Below are positions 1 to 11,841 of a DNA stretch of 64,000 nt, in pieces. The DNA lies in NCBI GenBank assembly GCA_951406725.2, contig OX597821.1:59210001-59274000 (forward strand), written 5' to 3'. Each line of letters opens with the position of its first letter. The stretch's first letter is position 1. This DNA comes from Octopus vulgaris (Eukaryota). Position numbers and translations under genes: made by a program. The notes beneath the pieces were generated by a model, which worked only from the letters and a program-made list of their open reading frames with translations, was not told where the DNA came from and searched no databases.

Positions 1-184
1 GTGTAACTGTCTAAAATGGTCGTAACTTTTGGTACTTGATTGATGAAAAAAAGCCGAGGACGACACGTCTTGGTTTTTTGGGTTTTTTTTTTTGCATGTC
101 CTTCTAATTGTTGTTTCTCTTGTTCCCCTTTGTGTCGTCTATCTTTCCGAACGTTTTAATGTCCTTTATTGCGTTTTTGTTCCA

Positions 185-220
<36 letters not shown>

Positions 221-221
<1 letters not shown>

Positions 222-1510
222 GAGGGGCGTTCAATAAGTAATGCCTCTGACCCACTTGCAGTTGTTTGATCTAGCTGAAATTGTGCATGTGCAATTACCT
301 ATATCTCTATAGATTAAGTGGCAAATTACACCTCTGAACTAATTGTGGTTTCCGATTTACAGGTGTTTGAACTGAGTCAAGTGTGAAATGGAGCATGTTG
401 AGTGTCGAGCAGTGATCCGGTTTTTGTATTTGAAAGGACGCACACCACGGGAGACTTTTCATGAAATGAAAGTAACTTATGGTGATGATGCCTCATCATA
501 TGACCTTGTAAAACGCTGGCATCGTGAATTCAAACATGGTCGGAACTCTGTGGAAACAGCTCCCAGATCTGGTCGCCCCCTTCTGCCATTGATGAGGCAT
601 CTGTCTGTCAAGTTGAGGCTGCCATTTTGGAAGATCGACGCATAATTATTCGCCAAATAGCCCATGAGGTCAAGATTAGTACCGGGTCTGTGGAAACTAT
701 CATTCATGACCATTTGCATATGCAAAAGGTGTCTGCCAGATGGATTCCCAGGTTGCTCACACCTTTCCAGAAGCAAGAACGCGTCGATTGCTCGTGGATG
801 AATTTGGAGATGTGCCAAGAAGATGAGTCAAAATTTTTCAAAAGACTGATTGCATAGGATAAAACCTGGGTCCATCATTATGATCCAGAGACCAAAGCCC
901 AGTCAATGCAGTGGAAGCACTGTGACTCATCTTCTCCAAAGAAGGCAAGGGTGCAGCCCTCCGCTGGCAAGGTCATGCTTACAGTCTTCTGGGACCAGGA
1001 CGGAGTAGTGAAGACAGATTTCCTGGCAAAGGGTGCCACAATTACAGGAGTCTATTATGCTTCACTTTTGAGGAAATTAAGAGAAGCTATCAAAATCAAG
1101 AGGCGGGGCAAGATCAGCAAAGGCATCCTCCTCCTGCAGGACAACGCTCCGATCCACAACTCGCGTGTCGCCAGATCAGAAACACAGGCGTGCGGCTATG
1201 AACTCCTCTCCCATCCCCCCTACTCTCCTGACCTTGCACCCTCTGATTTTCACCTCTTCCAGCCATGAAATTGTTTTTGAAAGGAAAGCGTTTCCCAGAT
1301 GATGCAGCCTTGATTTCTGAAGTCACATCGTGGTTGGAGGACCAAGCTGGGGTCTTCTACAAAAACGGTCTTCAGAGCTGCATCAAACGATGGGAGAAAT
1401 GCGTAACTCTGGGTGGTTCCTATGTAGAAAAAGACTAATAACTGTTCCAAGTTTCGTTGCTCTACTGCTATGGGAAGTGGGTCAGGGGCATTACTTATTG
1501 AACGCCTCTC

Positions 1511-1511
<1 letters not shown>
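221..1511 (+). mobile_element. Full-length mariner (DD34D) transposon inserted in a (TA)n tract
   Basis: About 37-bp TIRs: cgaggggcgttcaataagtaatgcctctgacccactt and aagtgggtcaggggcattacttattgaacgcctctcg. TA flanks both sides. Length about 1.3 kb is typical of mariner. Confidence 0.95.
388..1438 (+). pseudogene. Mariner transposase pseudogene (frameshifts and a stop)
   Basis: Split ORFs 388-645, 627-857 and 906-1268 give the HTH region with RSGRP, WIPRLL (WVPHEL-type), D-K-T-W-V-H-H-Y, LLQDNA and HPPYSPDLAPSDFHLF. Confidence 0.95.
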
Positions 1512-1549
<38 letters not shown>

Positions 1550-1551
<2 letters not shown>

Positions 1552-1760
1552 CCCCCCTCCCCCCAAAAAAAAACGAAGAACAAACACAACAAGAAAGAAC
1601 AACAATGCGAGCACGTGGTACATGCAAAGTATTAGCAGACGCTTAGGGAAGGAAAGCAAGGTAGTTTTACGTTTCGAGCAAAGCTCTTCGTCAGAAACAG
1701 GGGACAGAGGAAAGTCCAAGAGAAAAGGAAGACGGAATAGATTCAGATTAGTTTATGCTA
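1550..1760 (-). mobile_element. Penelope-like pseudo-LTR fragment (family P1) abutting (TA)n
   Basis: Pyrimidine-rich leader, hammerhead motif, GT-rich tail ending at (TA)n. Same architecture as 19291-19500, 21213-21340 and 54530-54687. The boundary near 1760 is approximate. Confidence 0.65.
1664..1698 (-). ncRNA. Minimal type I hammerhead ribozyme, intact core
   Basis: Minus strand reads GUUU-CUGACGA-A-GAGC(UUU)GCUC-GAAAC-GUA-AAAC. Stem I GUUU/AAAC, stem II, palindromic ACGU stem III, GUA cleavage triplet. Confidence 0.85.
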
Positions 1761-1954
1761 TAGAAATTTATACTGGGTCAAGGAATCTCCAACTAACTAG
1801 GGCAGACCAAAATCCAAGTAGAAGAATGGGCACAGACGAAAGAATTTTTCTACTGAACTTTTCGCTTAGTTTATAGGATTCTAGCAATTTTTCTTTAACA
1901 TTTGTCTTATGCTAACTGGAAGAAAACAAATTTCAACATTATATAATAGTAGAA

Positions 1955-2166
1955 GGCGGCGAGCTAGCAGAATCTTTAGCACGCCGGACATCACGCTTAG
2001 CGGCATTTCGTCCATTTCTGCATTCTGAATTCAAATCCCGCCGAGGTCGACTTTGTCTTTCATTCTTTCAAGGTCGATAAAATAAGTACCAGTTGAGCAC
2101 TGGGGTCGATGTAACCGGCTTATTCACTCGCCCGAAATTGCTGGCCTTATACTAAAATCTGAAACC
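1955..2166 (+). mobile_element. SINE family B (tRNA-like head ggcggcgagctggcagaa, central gtcgactttgcctttcatcctttc domain)
   Basis: Homologous to copies near 11660-11785, 25900-26416, 27691-28104 and 54000-54229. A degenerate direct repeat caacattata lies on both sides. Confidence 0.8.
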
Positions 2167-2723
2167 AACATTATACGAAAGTAGGGTTAAGACCTCAAGG
2201 CACTATTGTTAATTTCTTAAAAATGAAATTTATGATCTGGTTTCGATTATCGGTTAGATTAACTTCATTTACTCTTAAATGCATCAAGTAAATAATTTAT
2301 AGTCTTACCATCCCCATCTTTGTCTTCCAGACAAATTAAGTCATTTGCTTGAAAAATTTATACAATTATTTTTCTTTTTCATGGCGGATGAAAATATTGT
2401 AAGCATTCGTTTCCCCCCATCACACACATTAAAGGTCTCTAGCTCTCGCCATTGTCTCCGAATAGATGCAGAAATGTTTGTACTAAGTATGGTTATCATA
2501 AAAATTTCATTTTCCTTCCCTCTTTAAAAAGCAAATAATACATGAAACGAAACAGAAACATCGAGAATATTATTGTACCTACTATCTCAACAACTCAAAG
2601 AATAACAGACTGTTTAACAAAGCAAATATTTTTTTAACAAGACAAATCGATAGCTAGCGTTATTTACTTCATACCAAATTATGTGGATATATTTAAAATT
2701 TAACGTAATCAAATACCCTAGTA

Positions 2724-5633
2724 CAGGGGTGGGCAAACTACGGCCCGCGGGCCGCATGCGGCCCGCCATAGGTTTTCATGCGGCCCGCCGAGAGCTTTTA
2801 TGAATCCCAACTTCTATGCAGATACTTCGTAACTGTTTCAGTTGTACGGTAATTCACAATAGTTTGCATTTTATTTCAGTTCACTGTTTCGCGCCTTCAC
2901 AAAATTGTCCGCTGTTTGTTTGTTTTAGCTACTGTGAAGCGATGAAAAATTTCGAGAAATATTCCCATGACATCATAATAAAACACATTTCCGGGTGAAG
3001 ATATCGTTTCTGTGTTTTCTCGTCAGACCCTACAAACTCAAAAATTAATAGAACAATGAAACAAGTATTGTGGCAATACAACGAGTCAATCGATATGCTT
3101 GAAACATTCAAATAAATAAATCACGTGATAGTTGGTGAAGAGGGCATGATGGACGATGCGTTTCGTTCCAATGAAGAAGCCGGCCAGGTTAATAAAAGGG
3201 CTTGAACCAGCTTTTTCTGGACACAGCTATGGTTGGTTATCATTCACTCTATCGATTACTTGAATTTAGTACAGACACGAGTGTTTCAAACTAGCTTTTG
3301 TTGTCTGATAAAATTTATCCAAAATGAGTTGTTCGAAGCTATCTAAAAAGCGAAAAATTGAAGAGGAATGTCGTGTTTTTAATGAAAATTGGACTGAAAA
3401 GTATTTCTTTACCGACGTTGGAGTGAAAGCTGCATGTTTGATTTGTTCTGAAACAGTTGCTGTGTTCAAGGAATATAATTTGAAACGCCACTTTCAAACG
3501 AAGCACGCCAATTTTGGACACAATTTATCAAAACAAGAACTGCAAAAGAAAGCAAATGATCTGACAAAACGTTTGAAGCAACAGCAAAATGTTTGATAAA
3601 ACTTCCTCTTTACAAAGGAACGCGACAAAGGCAAGTTTTATATTGGCCAACAAAATTGCAAAGCAAAACAAGTCATTCGCAGAAGCAGAATTTATCAAAG
3701 ATTGTATGGTTGATGCTGTCGGCGTCGTGTGTCCTGAAGTTAAGTCAAAAGTAGAAGCCATTTTCCTGTCACGAAAAACTATTGTTCGTCGCATTGATGC
3801 AATTGCCGTGAATATTCATGAACAGCTGTTAACAGCCAGTGGTCGATTTCAGTGGTTTTCTATTGCTTTAGATGAGAGTACTGATATTCAGGATACTGCT
3901 CAGTTACTCATTTACATCAGAGGAATTGACGAAAACTTTGAAATTACAGAGGAATTGTTATCTATGGCGTCTCTCAAAGACACTACTACTGGAAAAGATT
4001 TGTTCAACAGTGTCATTAACAGTTCAATCAGGTCTGGATTAACCCTAACTAAACTGGCCAGCATTACAACCGATGGAGCTCCTTCACTCACCGGTAAACA
4101 TTCCGGCCTTGTAAAGTTGTTGAATGACAAAATCAAAGAAGATTTTCCACTACACAGTGTGTTGTCTTTTCACTGCATCATACATCAAGAAAGCCTTTGT
4201 AAGTCATCTTTAAAACTCAAATATGTCATCGAACCTGTGGTGCGTGCAGTGAATTTAATAAGATCACGGGGATTGAAACACAGGCAATTCCGAAGTTTCT
4301 TGGAGGATGTGGAGGCTGATTTTATTGATGTGCTGTACTACACAAATGTCCGCTGGTTAAGCATTGGAAAAGTTCTTAAGAGGGTATGGGACCTCAAAGC
4401 AGAGATTCTTATGTTTCTCAAAATGCAAGACATCTCCTGTGACTTTTTAAACGAAATGGAGAGTGACGAATGGGTTTGTGATTTTGCATTTGCTATGGAC
4501 ATAATGCAGAAGCTGAATGAACTTAACACAAAACTGCGAGGCAAAGGTATATTTGCTCATGAATTGTACCTGGAAGTGAAAGCTTTTCAATGGAAGCTTG
4601 GACTTTTTGCCAAGCAGCTGAATGAGCAAACATTTATTCACTTCCCTCTGCTGAAAACACAGTCTGTTACACAAGAATCATCGGACAAGTACAGTTCCCA
4701 GTTGATGGGTTTACAAAAGGAATTCATTAGATTTGCTGATTTCAAGGCAGTTGAAGGCCTGTTCGATTTGCTTAACTCACCTCTTGCCTGTGACATTGAA
4801 ACAACTACCGAGGAACTGCAGATAGAACTGATTCATTTGCAAGCCGACAATTCTTTAAAGATGATGTTTGAAAGTAAACCACTGGTCGAGTTTTATGCTT
4901 CTCTACATTCAAAAAAGTTTCAAAATCTAAAAACATTTGCAAGAAAGATGTTTGTGTTGTTTGCATCAACTTACATATGTGAGCAGACTTTCTCTATCAT
5001 GAAAATTAACAAGGGGAAGAATCGATTACTTCTCACAGACTCAAATCTTCAGTCAGTGTTAAGAATCAGTACAAGCAACTTGACACCTAATTTTGACAAA
5101 CTGGTAAATGACAGTAGTCAGCTGCATCATTCTCATTGACATTGTTATTTACAGAGCCGCTTTGTTTTTCAAATAAATGCTTCAGGTGACGTTTCTAATT
5201 TCAGATATCAATTCATATTAATAAACTGTTATTTCTCTTTAAAATCTTTTATTTTGGGTATCCTAGTATAATATTCATCATGGTTGTCCATAATATTAAG
5301 AGGTGCTTGTCCACAATTAGTGCAGATTTTACTAGGAAAATTCCGTTCCTGGCAATTTGTAAACAATAACAGGCTGTCCAAAATAACCGAGGTTCCTGTA
5401 ATAGTTTCAACTATAGGAGCAAATAACCGAAAAACATGAACCCGATACTCTAAAAAATAAATTAAATCACTTAAACCAGGAATATTTCACAAAATTTCCT
5501 TTCAATCAATTGTGTGTTTATAGGTCTATAACCGCCTTTAAAAATATTTTCACTTGATTTTTATAAATGAGGCCCGCCAAGGTTCCAAAGACGCACTGTG
5601 CGGCCCGCGATCAAAAAAGTTCGCCCACCCCTG
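2724..5633 (+). mobile_element. Full-length hAT transposon, Buster/Charlie group (SPIN/OC1-like)
   Basis: 16-bp TIRs caggggtgggc(a/g)aact. Perfect 8-bp TSD ccctagta at 2716-2723 and 5634-5641 (nnnTAnnn). Subterminal ggcccgc repeats. Confidence 0.97.
3324..5139 (+). pseudogene. hAT transposase (GTF2IRD2/SPIN-like), about 605 aa, single frameshift near 3590
   Basis: ORF 3324-3596 (zinc finger CLIC...EYNLKRHFQTKH) overlaps the 516-aa ORF carrying ALDESTD, ITTDGAP, HCIIHQE, VRWLS and the FASTYICEQTFS dimerisation motif. Confidence 0.93.
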
Positions 5634-6068
5634 CCCTAGTACATATGTATAAGTGTATGAGGTTATGTATGTCTGTTTATTTATTAATATACATAATCAG
5701 TCACACAATCCATTACATTTAACGAAGCAGCTTGGTTAGAGAAAGCAGAAATCAGCGTGGGCAACTCTTTAAGCTCCTTTTGACACGAAAAGCTGAATTA
5801 ATACAAACGGCAGTCGATTTCATGTATGCTCTTCATTACTATCAATATCTGTTATTTTCTCACTAAAATTTGACATTATCTCTATATCTTAAAATCATTC
5901 ATATGAGCTTATGGATTAAAGCAAAATTATGAAGAATAAGCTACAACACAGCGGGAGAGGTATTTCAGATAAAATCTTATATGCACATTTACATTTTTAA
6001 TCAAATCCAAGCGTTTTGGTGAACTTGCGAAGGTTATCAACATAGCACCTTCCACCAGACCAAACCGC

Positions 6069-6669
6069 TGTAGCAAAATATTCAGCAATCACCAATGTCA
6101 CGAATCATTGGAACGTTATCCACATGATCAGCGAATCTGACCAATCGCAGCTTCGCCTGGAAAGAATATTACCCTTTTGATCAATAAAATCTGGCCAATC
6201 ACGACCTCATGTGGAATGGGCCCCAGTGACCAAATCAACTTTTGGTGCTTCCCTTACTGAGCCTCTCAATCGACATAAAGTGATAGACACGCGCGACACT
6301 ACCCAGAGAGCTTTGGGATGTAGCAAAGACGAGCGGCAGACGACATGGCGAACAGACACAGGTAGCGGCTGAACCTAGTTAATATCAACATAATGGATTA
6401 TCCACAGCAACAAAATTACTAGCAGTAACTTTACGAATACTATTTCAATTACACTAACTACAATAACATCCGAATTCTCTCAACAATAAATAAATTTTGT
6501 TCGTAAAGGCCTTATTTTCTTCTATGTACAGCTGTTGGCCTCCGACACTAGAGATAACTGCCAGCACCGAACAGTAAACAATCAGCTCCCAACATTTGCA
6601 TTGATCTACAGCTTCTAGCATTTAGCCAATCAGCTCAAGCACAAGTGATATCGACAGCCATCAGCCACA
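6069..6669 (+). mobile_element. Solo LTR (Gypsy-like)
   Basis: TGTAGC...GCCACA termini, 4-bp TSD ccgc (6065-6068 and 6670-6673), several CCAAT motifs, AATAAA near 6485. Confidence 0.75.
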
Positions 6670-6693
6670 CCGCAAAAGAAGAAAAAAAGTGAA

Positions 6694-7130
6694 GGATCTT
6701 TTCGCTTTGACCGGCAGATTTTTTAATAATTTCTGGCGGTGTGATGTGAAAATGTCACCCACAATTATGACCCTAGTATCGATCTATTGCATTTCAATCT
6801 GTTTTAAGATTAGGGTTAGTTAGGGTTAGTAGGGTTAGTTAGTTTAGTTAGGGTTAGGGGTGGGGGGAAAGGTATCTTTTTTTCTTCAGAAATGTAAATA
6901 AACTCAATCTATTTCTTAAACGAGGGACATTTTCATACGACACCGCCAAAATATTTTACAGCAGATAATGTTTTCACCTCAATAGACGTCATTGATTGGT
7001 TGAAATTGCCGAAATTGAAGAAAATATCTTACAAATATCTTACAAACTACAGAATTTTCTCAAGAAGTTTAAAAGTGTTTAGTTACATGGAAATTATTTT
7101 TAAAATCTGCCGGTCAAAGCGAAAAGATCT
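6694..7130. mobile_element. MITE with about 40-bp TIRs and an internal TTAGGG-like tract
   Basis: gatcttttcgctttgaccggcagatttt mirrored at about 7090-7129. Flanks aaagtgaa and aaagtgta (7/8 match, 8-bp TSD). Confidence 0.8.
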
Positions 7131-8018
7131 AAAGTGTATGGTAATACAAAAAGTACTTTTATATTTTTTTGTTGCAGCCACTGGACGGTGGTCATGTGAG
7201 GGAGCCACCCTCGAGGGTTTTAGTCGAACAAATCGGCCCCAGTACTTTATTTTAAAGTCTGGCACTTAATTTATTGGTGTCTTTTGCCGAACTGCTAGAT
7301 AACGGGATGCAAACAAACCAACACCAATTGTCAAGTGGTTGTGGGGAACAAACAAACATAAATGCACACATATATGCGATAGGCTTCCATACAGTTTCCG
7401 TTTACCAAATCTACTTATAAAGCATTGGTTGGCCCGGGGTTATAGTTGAAGACATCCAAGATGCTGCGCAGTGGGACTGAACCCAAGATCATGTGGATGC
7501 ACCGTGAACTTCCAAAGTATACAGCTATGCCTGAACCTACACATGCATATTTAAATGTTTAAAAGCCAAACTTCTCGGTAGACCTACGAAAATTATCGGC
7601 ACAGTTTTTTTTCCGCCAGACCAAACCGGAAAGAGAAAACAATGGAAAGCAGGGTAATAAAAAAAAAATGAAAGACAATCTTAGTCATTTTCCTTTTTCA
7701 ATTTCCTTATCTCATATTATCGCTTTCTTATATCTTTTCTCTTTATCACTTACTATCGCTCTCTGTCTCTGTTGTTATGTAATCATCACAACAAACATGA
7801 ACAATCAACGTTGCCCATTGTCTCCCTTGATACAAGGACATTCAGTAAGTTTCCCGCCACAACAAATACCTTGTACAACAACGACAGTCTAATAAAGTAT
7901 CTCGTATCGTTAACACGTTTTTTCAGTCTCTCTCATTTTCTTAATCTTTCATACTAAGTACTCACTACTTCCTTTAATACTCAATACATTATATATATAT
8001 AACAACAACATCTGTCTA

Positions 8019-8054
<36 letters not shown>

Positions 8055-8110
8055 ACTCACTCACTCATTCACTCACTCACTCACTCACTCACACACACAC
8101 ACACACCACG

Positions 8111-8147
<37 letters not shown>

Positions 8148-8194
8148 ACACACAGCTTCCCACCTGCTTTTCTCATGGTTGAATTCCTACTATT

Positions 8195-8510
8195 GATTTC
8201 TTTATTACCCATAAAGGGCCAACATAGAGGGACCCAGTACAACAGGATTGGGGCCATGTGAAAACTATGGTATAAAACATTAAATGACGGTTAAAATTAC
8301 AATAAAATCGGAAATCGAATGATACACATTCACAAAACAAAACACGAAAAGGACACATGAAGTAGAAAAAAACAGGATTGCCGACCCCACGAGCCCTGTT
8401 TTTCCACTGAAACCTTGGTAGATGGCTTATAGCGTGTTCATGCAGTGTCTTTCACGCCCAGCATCCGTGCAACACGCTTCCATCTTTTTCGAAACTCGCA
8501 CTCTGACAGA
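8195..8510 (-). mobile_element. 5'-truncated L1/Tx1-like LINE 3' end
   Basis: 16-bp TSD ttgaattcctactatt (8179-8194 and 8511-8526). Minus strand encodes LSECEFRKRWKRVARML then a stop and a 3'UTR ending aataaagaaatc. Clade assignment is tentative. Confidence 0.7.
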
Positions 8511-8528
8511 TTGAATTCCTACTATTAT

Positions 8529-8935
8529 AGGCGCAGGAGTGGCTGTGTTGTAAGTAGTTTGCTTACCGACCATATGGTTCCGGGTTCATTCTCATTGCGT
8601 GGCACCTTGGGCAAGTGTCTTCTACTATAGCCTCCGGCCGACCAAAGCCTTGTGAGTGGATTTGGTAGACGGAAATTGAAGGAAGCCCGTCGTATATATG
8701 TATATTTGTATGTGTGTGTATATGTTTATGTGTCTGTGTTTCTGTCCCCCACCATCGCTTGACAACCGATGGTGGTGTGTTTACGTCCCCGTAACTTAGC
8801 GGTTCGGCAAAAAAGACCGACAGAATAAGTACTAGGCTTACAAAGAATAAGTCCTGGAGTCGATTTGCTCGACTAAAGGCGGTGCTCCAGCATGGCCGCA
8901 GTCAAATGACTGAAACAAGTAAAAGAGTAAAGAGT
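8529..8935 (+). mobile_element. SINE family A, full-length CpG-rich copy (dominant repeat, more than 20 copies or fragments in the window)
   Basis: tRNA-like head ggcgcaggagtggctgtg...gggttca, body with a (TA/TG)n spacer, tail gactgaaacaagtaaaagag. Other copies include 20338-20815, 24715-25140, 37862-38235, 45467-45855, 49760-50158, 50352-50745 and 56977-57380. Confidence 0.9.
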
Positions 8936-9818
8936 ATTTCTAAACATATCTGTACGCCTATTTTATATATTGGTTTTATTGATTCCTTTCCATGGTTTAT
9001 TGGTATAAAATATATTAAACTTTATTAATCGAACATTATAAATGTACTGGAACATCACCCATCATAAGACGTATAATTCTGGGAGTATACTTTAACCACT
9101 ATGAGTAATAGGAAATATGATTACATATTTAAATTTTATCAAATTTGCCGCTCTCCTTTTCTTCTTTTTTATTTCCCGTGTCAATATCCGTTGCTTCCTT
9201 GCTTCATCACATTTCTTGTTTCATCAAATTTGTAACTTCATGAAATAATTAAGGGAAAAAAATTGTATATATACGCTTGTCTGACGTTCGTTTCACTCAA
9301 TGAATAGTCCAAGCGTTGTAAATATGATTTGCTTGCTCAGAGATGGTGTATAAGCTGTTTAGATTTTAAAAATCTCTTATGATAAAAGGCAGATTTTCTC
9401 TGCCTGTGACTATGTTTCTTTTTAATACAATTGTACAATATAGAATTTCTTCAATTGGAATTTACCTATGATTTTTCGAAGTAGATTCGATTGGGTCATG
9501 GCATATACATTTTTTTCAATTTCACCCCCAATTAAGCAAAAATTCGAGAAAACTCAATATTTTACGATTTGCCTCTCTCATTTCAAATGCTTTACTCCTG
9601 CTATGACCACACTTTCTCCTACTTTCTCTTTGCAAGTGTATACCACTATCATATCCTCTTTCTGCAACTCTTATTCAACATCACACATTCTGCTACTTTC
9701 TCTTATTAATGCTTAAACCAATTCTCAAAAAAAAAAAAAGGAAACAACTTTTGGTAGTATTCATTGGCGAGCGTACTTCAGTTGTCAATTGTTGAAAGAA
9801 AGAAATTGTAAGCTAAGA

Positions 9819-9882
<64 letters not shown>

Positions 9883-10010
9883 ATGTGTGTGTAGGAAGTG
9901 AAGGATAAAAATATGGCAAGAAGTGGACAGATGTACATATATACATACATACATCCATACATACATACATGTGTGTGTGTGTATGTATGTGTATTAATGT
10001 GTGTGTGTTA

Positions 10011-10402
10011 TCTCTCTCTATATAAAGTTGAAGTTGTCTGTGTGCGCCAAGTTTGGTAGCCTTCAACTAACAGTATCTCCTCCGAGACCCTGCGGCGCAA
10101 GTTGACCAAAATTGAGAGTATGATAGAAGAAGGGTTGCTCTTCTTTCCGTAGAAGATAAAATTCAAATCGGACCATGCTAAAACCAAAAATTATTTACAT
10201 CAAAAAGGTGCTTTTTTCTATGAAAATCCCTATTTTTTACGATTTTTTTCACTGCTGTGTCGCCACTTTTCGGTGTATTTCAACCAGAAAAATGTTCACT
10301 TAAAGAGAATAACAAGCTACATAATGCAAAATTTTTACTTTTCAAAAGTTCCAATTCCAGCGGGTCGAAACAAACCCGAGCAACGCCGGGCGATACTGCT
10401 AG
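10011..10402 (+). mobile_element. Non-autonomous Helitron
   Basis: Starts TC after an A. Ends with the GC hairpin cccgagcaacgccggg, then CTAG followed by T. No TSD. Confidence 0.75.
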
Positions 10403-10573
10403 TTGTTAATAAAGCAGTAATCCTATTTAACTGGAAAAGAACAAATTCTGGGAAAGGATAGAATGTTTACCTGTGTCAGTCTTTTGTTTCTTTTCTTATT
10501 CAAATGACAAATAAAAAGTTTCACATGCTTTAACAGTATATCGGCTGCACTTTAAGTCACAAGACACTCCCAT

Positions 10574-10619
<46 letters not shown>

Positions 10620-10825
10620 TCTCTCTCTCTGTCATCACTTATAAACTGTTATGTTACATAGAGAACCATACAGAAACGACATTTTGGAATGTTTACAAAA
10701 ACACTAACGTATAGCGTTTGTTGTTTGCAAGATATACTTTAAAACAAATTAAATCAAATTAATTAATCTTAGTAATATCAGGATTATTTACTCTACGTAT
10801 GGGAAATCCCAAAATCTGCAAAAAG

Positions 10826-10860
<35 letters not shown>

Positions 10861-11136
10861 CTTCCACCTGCTTTTCTCATGGTTGAATTCCTACTATTAC
10901 TGGCGCAGGACAGGCTGTGTTGTAAGTAGCTTGCTTACCGACCATATGGTTCCGGGTTCATTCCCACTGCGTGGCACCTTGGGCAAGTGTCTTCTACTAT
11001 AGCCTCCGGCCGACCAAAGCCTTGTGAGTGGATTTGGTAGACGGAAATTGAAGGAAGCCCGTCGTATATATGTATTTATGTATGTATGTGTATATGTTTA
11101 TGTGTCTGTGTTTCTGTCCCCCACCATCGCTTGACA

Positions 11137-11167
<31 letters not shown>

Positions 11168-11324
11168 TCAATAAGACCATTCTGTCATTTATTCTCTCCC
11201 CCTCCTCTGTGATTATTATTCTACCAGTGTGTGTAGCCTTCCTTTTTCCATTTCTTGTCACGAAGCGTAGAATGTGCACTCAACCCTGCACCTCTTATTT
11301 CATCTCTACATATCCCTCTTTAAC

Positions 11325-11359
<35 letters not shown>

Positions 11360-11783
11360 CCTCTCTCTCCCTCTCCCGCTCTCTCCCTCTCTACGTCGTA
11401 AAGCGCGATTAGAAATTCACCCAACAGTTCGCAATCTTTATGACTTCATGGCACTCTGGAGATTAAAAAAAAACAAACAAACAGTCGGTGCATTTTGCAT
11501 GGAAAGTTAAGCTTATCTCAGTATGCCGACCTCAATAATATCCACAAACAAGTTTGGACACAGATGGTTTTCTGTTTCAGCAGGAGTAGTCGGTGGGATT
11601 AGACCGCAGTGACAGCAGAAGACCGGAAACATCAAAATCTTCTGAGACGATAAAACTCTTATTTGAATTTGAGTTTAAATTCCGCCAAAGTCAACTTTGC
11701 CTTTCATCTTTCCGGGGTCGATAAATTAAGTACCAGTTGCGTACTGTGGTCGATCTAATCGACTGGCCCGCTCCCCAACAAGT

Positions 11784-11840
<57 letters not shown>

Positions 11841-11841
<1 letters not shown>

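Noticed and set aside
11783-11840. Poly-Leu C-terminus on the hAT fragment ORF
   Set aside because: Read-through into a (TAA)n tract.
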